Source of the DNA: Candidatus Heimdallarchaeota archaeon
GTDB lineage: Archaea > Asgardarchaeota > Heimdallarchaeia > Heimdallarchaeales > Heimdallarchaeaceae
DNA length: 64,000 nucleotides
Direction of reading: 5' to 3'
Assembly: GCA_018238545.1 (NCBI GenBank)
Contig: JABCTC010000009.1
Span: 1-64,000 of the forward strand
This document shows, one piece after another, positions 58,063 to 64,000 of the stretch (its first letter is position 1; every line of letters begins with the position of its first letter). The position numbers and the translations under genes are program-made. The notes beneath the pieces are model-generated. The model was given only the letters and a program-made list of their open reading frames with translations, made no database searches and had not been told where the DNA came from.

Positions 58063-58922
58063 TGATTGATGGAAAGGAATCAAAAATCGAAAATACATAT
58101 AAATCACATCCTGTAGAAATAATAGGAATTAAGAATTTAACAAGTGATACTAGATACTTCAAAGTTAGATGTATGACTGACGAGGTGAAAGACCAGTTCA
58201 TTTACAAACCAGGTCAATTTGTTTTATTCTCAATTCCTGGACTTGGAGAAGCACCATTTTCTATATCCTCTCCTCCTACAAGAAGAGATTTTATTGAGTT
58301 TGGAATTAGAAAAGTAGGAACATTTACTGAAGCGTTATTCAAGCTCAAAGAAGGAGACACATTTGAGATGAGAGGACCTTACGGTAACGGTTTTGATATG
58401 AAGAGTTTACAAGGAAGAGACCTAATCATAATTGCAGGTGGGCTTGGAGCAGTTCCACTTAGATCTGCTTTGTTGTATGCTGAAGATAGAAGAGAAGAGT
58501 TCAATCAAGTATTCTTCTTAAATGGAGCACGTTCTCCAGACGATATGCTCTTTAGAGATGATTTCACGGCTATGGCAGCTAGAGGCATTCTTGACACAAG
58601 CCTTTCAGTTGACGAAGATCCTACAGGAGAATGGCCTTATGAAGTCGGTTTTGTAACAGCCTTAATTCCTAAACTAGTAGAAAAGATCAATTCTGAAAAA
58701 ACTACTGCGTTAATTTGTGGTCCTCCTGTGATGTATAAGTTTGTTATTCAAGAATTGTTAAAATTAAACGTTCCAAAAGACCAAATCCTAATGACTTTAG
58801 AACGTAGAATGAAATGTGGTCAAGGACACTGTGGTCATTGTGCAATTGGGGCCAGATATACCTGTCTAGATGGTCCTATCTTCACGTATTACGATGTACA
58901 ACATATAAAGGAGTTAATCTAA
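58062..58922 (+). CDS. hydG: Group 3b hydrogenase gamma subunit (FAD/NAD(P), 2Fe-2S)
   Basis: PGQF, RGPYGNG, AGGLG, CGPPVM, ERRMKCGQGHCGHC...C.DGP. Confidence 0.92.
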   Translation: MIDGKESKIENTYKSHPVEIIGIKNLTSDTRYFKVRCMTDEVKDQFIYKPGQFVLFSIPGLGEAPFSISSPPTRRDFIEFGIRKVGTFTEALFKLKEGDTFEMRGPYGNGFDMKSLQGRDLIIIAGGLGAVPLRSALLYAEDRREEFNQVFFLNGARSPDDMLFRDDFTAMAARGILDTSLSVDEDPTGEWPYEVGFVTALIPKLVEKINSEKTTALICGPPVMYKFVIQELLKLNVPKDQILMTLERRMKCGQGHCGHCAIGARYTCLDGPIFTYYDVQHIKELI

Positions 58923-58923
58923 A

Positions 58924-59715
58924 ATGTGGAAAAGAGATAAAAAACCTGTTGTTGGTGTTTTTGGTTTTTCAGGATGTGCTGGTGATCAATTAGCTATACT
59001 TCACATGGAAGATAGTACGATTGATTTCTTCACAAGCGCTGATATCAAATTCTTCCATATGGCTCAATCTCATCAAGAAGTTCCAAAAGTTGATATTGCT
59101 CTTGTTGAAGGAAGTATTAATACTGAAAGACAATTAAAAGAACTTAAAGAAATTCGTGAGATGGCTGATGTTGTTGTAGCTCTCGGAACATGTGCTTGCT
59201 ATGGTGGAATTCAATATCTTGGTGAAGATGTAAAGACATTCAAAGAGCGAATGAAATATGTTTATGGAGAAAGTGGTGAAGTTCCAGAATTTTTAGATCT
59301 TGTAGGAAAACCCAGACCTGCTCAACCAATCAGTGAGTACATAGATGTAGATATTATGATTCCTGGCTGCCCAATTTCCGCTGAAAACTTTGTTCCAATT
59401 TATACAAAATTGATAAGTGGATTATTACCTCAAAAGTATCCTATGCCAGTTTGTGTTGAATGTAAATATGAAGGAAACGATTGTTTCTTACTCCATGGAA
59501 AATACTGCTTAGGACCAGTAACCTCTGCAGGGTGTAATGCTATATGTCCCAGCATGGACATTTCCTGTGTTGGATGTTTTGGTACATACGAAGGTGCAAA
59601 CTATCCTTCCATGATAAATAAATTAAAGGAAATTGGTTTGACTGAAGAAGAAGCAATTAGAAAATTGAAGCTGTTTGGTGGTAATAAAATTGAACAAGCG
59701 TTAAAAGGTGATTAA
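58924..59715 (+). CDS. hydD: Group 3b hydrogenase small (delta) subunit
   Basis: GCAGDQ, VEGS, GTCACYGG, PGCP, CLGPVT.AGC.A.CP. Confidence 0.92.
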   Translation: MWKRDKKPVVGVFGFSGCAGDQLAILHMEDSTIDFFTSADIKFFHMAQSHQEVPKVDIALVEGSINTERQLKELKEIREMADVVVALGTCACYGGIQYLGEDVKTFKERMKYVYGESGEVPEFLDLVGKPRPAQPISEYIDVDIMIPGCPISAENFVPIYTKLISGLLPQKYPMPVCVECKYEGNDCFLLHGKYCLGPVTSAGCNAICPSMDISCVGCFGTYEGANYPSMINKLKEIGLTEEEAIRKLKLFGGNKIEQALKGD

Positions 59716-59716
59716 A

Positions 59717-61003
59717 ATGGCAGAAAAAACAATTAGTGTTGACGTTATTTCCCGAGTAGAAGGTGACGGAGGAATTCAAGTTTTTACTAAAGATGGCAAA
59801 GTGGATAAAGTCCTTGTTGATATCTTTGAAGGACCACGTATGATTGAAGCTCTTGTTAGAGGTAAAACATACACAGAAAATCTTTCCTTAGTCTCTCGTA
59901 TCTGTGCAATTTGTACAGTTTCTCATAGAAATGTTTCAATCAAAGCAATTGAAAAAGCTCTAAAAGTAAAGGTTCCTGAGAAAGTTAAACTACTTAGAGA
60001 ACTTATGCATCTTGCTGAATATGTAGAATCACACATTCTGCATGTTTACTATCTTGCAATACCTGATTTCTTCAAGCAACCATCTGCTATAGCATTATTG
60101 CCAACTCATGGTGAAACTGTTATTCAAGCAGTTACAATGAAGAAGTATGGTACAGAGTTAATGCAACTTCTTATGGGTAGAAAGATACATGGAGAGAATC
60201 CTCAAATTGGTGGATTTGGACGAATACCTACAAACGAAGAATTAGATAAATTCCTTGAAAACGCTGCTGAATACCAATCCTGGGTATCAGGTATTATTGA
60301 TCTAATGGCTACATTACCAATACCAGAATATGGAGTTAGAGATACTACTTTCATGTGTTGTAATCCTGCGGATGGTAAATTTGGTTTTGAGGGTGATACA
60401 ATTCTTATTTCTACAGGAGAGGAATATCCAGTAGAAGATTATAAGAAAATGACAAATGAAAGAGTTGTTCCTCACAGCTATGCTAAACGATCAAAATATC
60501 AAGATAAACCATTTTCAGTTAGTGCTCTTGCAAGACTTGCTCTAATTGGTGATAGATTAACAGGTGAAGCAAAAGAGAAGTATGACAAATATTTCAACGA
60601 AAGCTGGAAGTTAAATCCGATATATAATAACTTATGTCAGGCAATTGAAGCGCTTTGGGCTTTTGAGCAAATACCAATTCTCATTGAAAAAATCAAAGCT
60701 TTACCCGATCCAGAAATGGTTGTACCTGAGGTTTTAGATGGTACAGCGACTGCCGCAGTAGAAGCTCCAAGAGGTACTTTATATCATACATATGAAATCA
60801 AAGATGGGAAAATAGTCAATGCAGATATTATTACCCCTACTGCTCAATTCCTAGATGATATTGAAAAATATATTTGGGTAGCTGCGGAGAAGTTATTAGC
60901 GGAAGATAATCCTGATACAGAACTACATTTAGAGATGATTGCTAGAGCTTATGATCCTTGTATATCATGCAGCTGTCATATGGTAAAATTGGTGAAAGAG
61001 TAA
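59717..61003 (+). CDS. hydA: Group 3b [NiFe] hydrogenase large (alpha) subunit
   Basis: RVEGDG, RICAICTVSH (L1), EAPRG, DPCISCSCH (L2) plus short cleavable tail; ATG 59717 after GGTGA. Confidence 0.94.
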   Translation: MAEKTISVDVISRVEGDGGIQVFTKDGKVDKVLVDIFEGPRMIEALVRGKTYTENLSLVSRICAICTVSHRNVSIKAIEKALKVKVPEKVKLLRELMHLAEYVESHILHVYYLAIPDFFKQPSAIALLPTHGETVIQAVTMKKYGTELMQLLMGRKIHGENPQIGGFGRIPTNEELDKFLENAAEYQSWVSGIIDLMATLPIPEYGVRDTTFMCCNPADGKFGFEGDTILISTGEEYPVEDYKKMTNERVVPHSYAKRSKYQDKPFSVSALARLALIGDRLTGEAKEKYDKYFNESWKLNPIYNNLCQAIEALWAFEQIPILIEKIKALPDPEMVVPEVLDGTATAAVEAPRGTLYHTYEIKDGKIVNADIITPTAQFLDDIEKYIWVAAEKLLAEDNPDTELHLEMIARAYDPCISCSCHMVKLVKE

Positions 61004-61468
61004 TTGCCTATACCCCTCCCTTTTTTTTCTTCTTCAGAAATTGAAAAATACGCCTTTATTTGTCTTGGAAATATCGATAGAGCTGACGATGCTTTTGGAA
61101 TATTAGTAGGTGAAAAACTTAAAGAAGAATACCCAGAAAATGTTTTTTCTGAGTTAGACAACGACCTATCTGTTTTTCTATTCGATTTGATTGAAAATAA
61201 GCAAGTACAGCACGTTTTTCTCATTGATGCCGTAGATTTTCATGGTAAACCTGGTGAAATCATCGTAAAAGACGATTTTGATACAAAAATAACACAAATA
61301 TCAACTCATACTATCCCTTATGAACAAATAAAGAACATCATTGAAGTGAAAGGTAAGAAATTTCATCTTATCGGAGCTCAAGTAAAGGATTTATCTTTTT
61401 TGGGTGAGGTTTCAACAGAGATTCTGGACGCAGTTGAAAAAGTAGTCGAGTTTTTCTTTAATGATTAA
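61004..61468 (+). CDS. Hydrogenase maturation protease (HycI-like)
   Basis: GN..RADDAFG, IDAVD...PG, STH. Confidence 0.88.
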   Translation: MPIPLPFFSSSEIEKYAFICLGNIDRADDAFGILVGEKLKEEYPENVFSELDNDLSVFLFDLIENKQVQHVFLIDAVDFHGKPGEIIVKDDFDTKITQISTHTIPYEQIKNIIEVKGKKFHLIGAQVKDLSFLGEVSTEILDAVEKVVEFFFND

Positions 61469-61503
61469 ACATTTTTATATTACTGAAGATTTTTTGTATT
61501 GGT

Positions 61504-62889
61504 TTGCAATCAGATAAAAAAAAACGAACTCTCAATATTTTATCATATGCTTCATTAGCAATTTCAGGTGCTATACTCATTAATTTCTTTAATACGAGAA
61601 TTTACAATTTTTATACTGATGAAGTGAAACTAAATATTATTTATATTCCGATTGTTATGACCATCTATGCTATATGGAATGCAGTTAATGATCCATTATT
61701 TGGCTGGTTATCAGATAAAACACGGACTAGATTTGGAAGGAGATTCCCATATATATTATTTGGATTCATACCTCTAACGATAGCTTTTGTAGCTATTTGG
61801 TTTATACCAATATCCTTAGTTGAAAGTCTAAATCAAGTAAAGATTTTTCTATATTTTATTACAACTCTACTTATCTTTGATACTTTATACACAATTGTTA
61901 TTCTTAACTGGCAGACATTGTATGCTGAGAAATTTAAAACAACAAAAGAGAGAAACCTTGTTGCTGCATTGAGACAACTGATAGCTATCGTAGGTGTAAT
62001 AGTATCAGTTGTAGTTGGCCCGTTGATTTTTGAATACAACAACCTTGAATCTTATCGTAGAGCCATTTTAATAATCGCAAGTTTTGTTCTTTTAGGTTTT
62101 GTTTTATCTATTTATGGATGCAGAGATAAAGAAATAATGAAAAACATTAAACCTCAAAGTAGGTCATACTTAGCTGAATTGAAAGAAGTTTTGAAAAATA
62201 AGAATTATATTGCTTTCCTATTTGCTTTTTGCTTTGCAAATATCGCTTATTTAACTCTTCTAGCCATGGTTCCTTATTTCAATAAATGGATACTAAATCA
62301 ACCTGCAAAATTCGAAAGCTACATCTATGGGGCTGGAGTAGTAACTACAGCAATTTTCTTCATTGTTTGGGCAAGAGTGTCATTTAAAAAGGGTCCAAAA
62401 GTTGTTTTTATTACTAGTGCTACACTATTTTCATTAATATTAATACCATTATTCTTCTTTACTAGTGATTTAAGCACAATTGTACTTATGGGAATAATTG
62501 GTGCTCCTTTAGCTGGATTGATGCTTATTCCAGAGATTCTGATTGGAGAAATCATCGATGATGATTTTCACAAATACGGTAAAAACAGAGAAGGTATTTT
62601 CTTTGGTTTTTATGGTTTTGCTGTAAGAATTGCAATGATCTTGGAAGCAGTAGTGATTTCTTTAATACTTGGTTTGACAGGTTACAATGCAAATGCATAC
62701 AAACAAACTGATACAGCAATAATTGGAATTAAACTACTTATTGTAGTAGTACCAATAATTTGTTTTGTTGTTGGTATCATTTTAATGGCAAGTTTCTATG
62801 ATCTTTCAAAAAAGAGAATCTTGAGGGAAAAAGCGAAACAATCAGATAAAGAAATTAAGAGTACCATAGTAATTGAAAATTATAAATAA
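61504..62889 (+). CDS. GPH-family (MelB-like) MFS sugar:cation symporter
   Basis: WNAVNDPLFGWLSDKTRTRFGRRFP, IDDD...G..REG.F.G. Confidence 0.9.
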   Translation: MQSDKKKRTLNILSYASLAISGAILINFFNTRIYNFYTDEVKLNIIYIPIVMTIYAIWNAVNDPLFGWLSDKTRTRFGRRFPYILFGFIPLTIAFVAIWFIPISLVESLNQVKIFLYFITTLLIFDTLYTIVILNWQTLYAEKFKTTKERNLVAALRQLIAIVGVIVSVVVGPLIFEYNNLESYRRAILIIASFVLLGFVLSIYGCRDKEIMKNIKPQSRSYLAELKEVLKNKNYIAFLFAFCFANIAYLTLLAMVPYFNKWILNQPAKFESYIYGAGVVTTAIFFIVWARVSFKKGPKVVFITSATLFSLILIPLFFFTSDLSTIVLMGIIGAPLAGLMLIPEILIGEIIDDDFHKYGKNREGIFFGFYGFAVRIAMILEAVVISLILGLTGYNANAYKQTDTAIIGIKLLIVVVPIICFVVGIILMASFYDLSKKRILREKAKQSDKEIKSTIVIENYK

Positions 62890-63567
62890 TGTAAGAAATG
62901 CTACCCAAATGAACAATCTACTTACATCCATCCATGTCATTTTTATTTTTCTGTAATGAGTTCTTTTTTGAATGCCAAACCCTCTGAAATATAGTGATTG
63001 AGCTAAGAATTCAGATCTATAAATTACCGAAGCAATGAGAATTGCTAATGTTTTTGGTAACCAACGGTAAAAACCTCCTTGAATTTCACCTCTTAATCGT
63101 AAAGTGTTAAATGTGTCTTCAGAATCTTTGGCAATTCGAGGTATTATTACAAGAGCTAAGGAAGGTATCAGAACTACTTTTGAACCTACGTACAGTTTTT
63201 CTAAAGATCTAGTAAGATCTGATGGGTTGGTGGAGGTAAAGAAAAAGGAAAAACCTATTGCTCCAATAAGGAATCTAGATAGTACTCGAAAACAGAGTAT
63301 CCATCCTCCAAAAAGAAAAGTTAAACCACCAAGAATTATAATGACAGGTAGGAGTGACCATAGAATGCTAAGTGCTCCTCTAATATTTCTAAAGATTATA
63401 TTTTCAAGAATAACAAATGAAAGGAGAAGTGCAAGAGACCAGTTGATATTAGGTATTAGAAAACCAAATTGTAGTAGAATAATTGTTAACCCAAGCAAAG
63501 GATGGATATGAAACCTATCTGGTTTGAACAGAAATCCATCATATATTCTTCTCAACATAAAGGACAT
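62842..63567 (-). CDS. ecfT: ECF transporter transmembrane T component
   Basis: TNPSDL..SL, IPRI, LRLRG, LYFRGF. Confidence 0.85.
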   Translation of the reverse strand: MSFMLRRIYDGFLFKPDRFHIHPLLGLTIILLQFGFLIPNINWSLALLLSFVILENIIFRNIRGALSILWSLLPVIIILGGLTFLFGGWILCFRVLSRFLIGAIGFSFFFTSTNPSDLTRSLEKLYVGSKVVLIPSLALVIIPRIAKDSEDTFNTLRLRGEIQGGFYRWLPKTLAILIASVIYRSEFLAQSLYFRGFGIQKRTHYRKIKMTWMDVSRLFIWVAFLTLFIIFNYYGTLNFFI

Positions 63568-64000
63568 CTATCTAACACTCCTTAGAAATTCATTTACTTC
63601 ATCTGTATTTACGAAATGAGGTAATTCTAATTGGAATTGTTCTTCCATCATCTGGACGAAACAAACAATTTGATTTGGAATTAAGTCAGTTTTGTTTTCT
63701 AGTTCATATAGAACTTTTCTTGGATCGCCGTCTAGACATATTTTACCATCTTGAATAACAATTAATCTATCTAGATCAACAAAAATCCTAGGATCATTAG
63801 AAGCCATAATAACTGTCTTATTTCTAGCTGTAGCACTTTTAATTAGATTAGAAAGAATCTTTCTTCCCCGTCTATCTAAACCGATGGTTGGTTCATCAAT
63901 TATGATAATATCCTCTGCGAATTGGAATGCGTTCACAATAGCGAACAACCTTCTTTCTCCTTCACTTAAATGATACAGTTTCTTATTCATAAGGTGAGTT
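63568..64000 (-). CDS. ECF-type ABC ATPase, C-terminal part (5' end outside window)
   Basis: LSEGERR, IIDEPTIGLD; frame open to the window edge. Confidence 0.85.
   Translation of the reverse strand, partial: THLMNKKLYHLSEGERRLFAIVNAFQFAEDIIIIDEPTIGLDRRGRKILSNLIKSATARNKTVIMASNDPRIFVDLDRLIVIQDGKICLDGDPRKVLYELENKTDLIPNQIVCFVQMMEEQFQLELPHFVNTDEVNEFLRSVR

Noticed and set aside
59717-61003. [NiFeSe] hydrogenase
   Set aside because: L2 motif DPCISC is encoded by TGT/TGC; no in-frame TGA
7186-63511. Numerous short antisense or nested ORFs in the track (e.g. 7186, 8164, 11568, 27595, 34785, 50438, 63104)
   Set aside because: Shadow frames of well-supported genes, with no motifs
1-64000. Genome-wide reassignment of TGA or TAG
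   Set aside because: Many complete genes end in TGA or TAG at expected family lengths, including ATGA/GTGA overlaps at 44032 and 28934

Overview
AT-rich, densely coding archaeal chromosome segment, most likely from an Asgard archaeon (Heimdallarchaeia-like). That assignment is inferred from CarS, an archaeal SelB-like factor, a two-domain gelsolin, many zinc-ribbon membrane proteins, TrmB, GGTGA ribosome-binding sites and T-rich terminators. No rRNA, tRNA, CRISPR array, integrase or transposase was recognised. Main contents: (i) a first ~6 kb in which three otherwise intact genes each carry one in-frame stop (TGA 214, TAG 3314, TGA 5753) around a SelB-like gene; (ii) a putative lipid-modification neighbourhood (carS, two alpha/beta hydrolases, MobA-like NTP transferase, two convergent phytoene-desaturase-family enzymes, DegV), with a second NTP transferase in an operon with a 'quinate 5-dehydrogenase'-like gene and a PAP2 phosphatase; (iii) a peptide-degradation block (TldD/PmbA, PepF, S9 peptidase, IlvE); (iv) a gelsolin followed by an uncharacterised wHTH/Zn protein plus CorA-shaped membrane protein pair and a MacB/LolCDE-type ABC system; (v) a divergent pair of a TrmB regulator and a multidomain membrane protein, separated by two TAC(C/T)AC-N4-GTGGTA palindromes; (vi) CoA-disulfide/persulfide reductase-rhodanese directly upstream of a group 3b [NiFe] hydrogenase operon; (vii) MFS and ECF transporters. 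All product calls come from visual motif recognition, not database searches.
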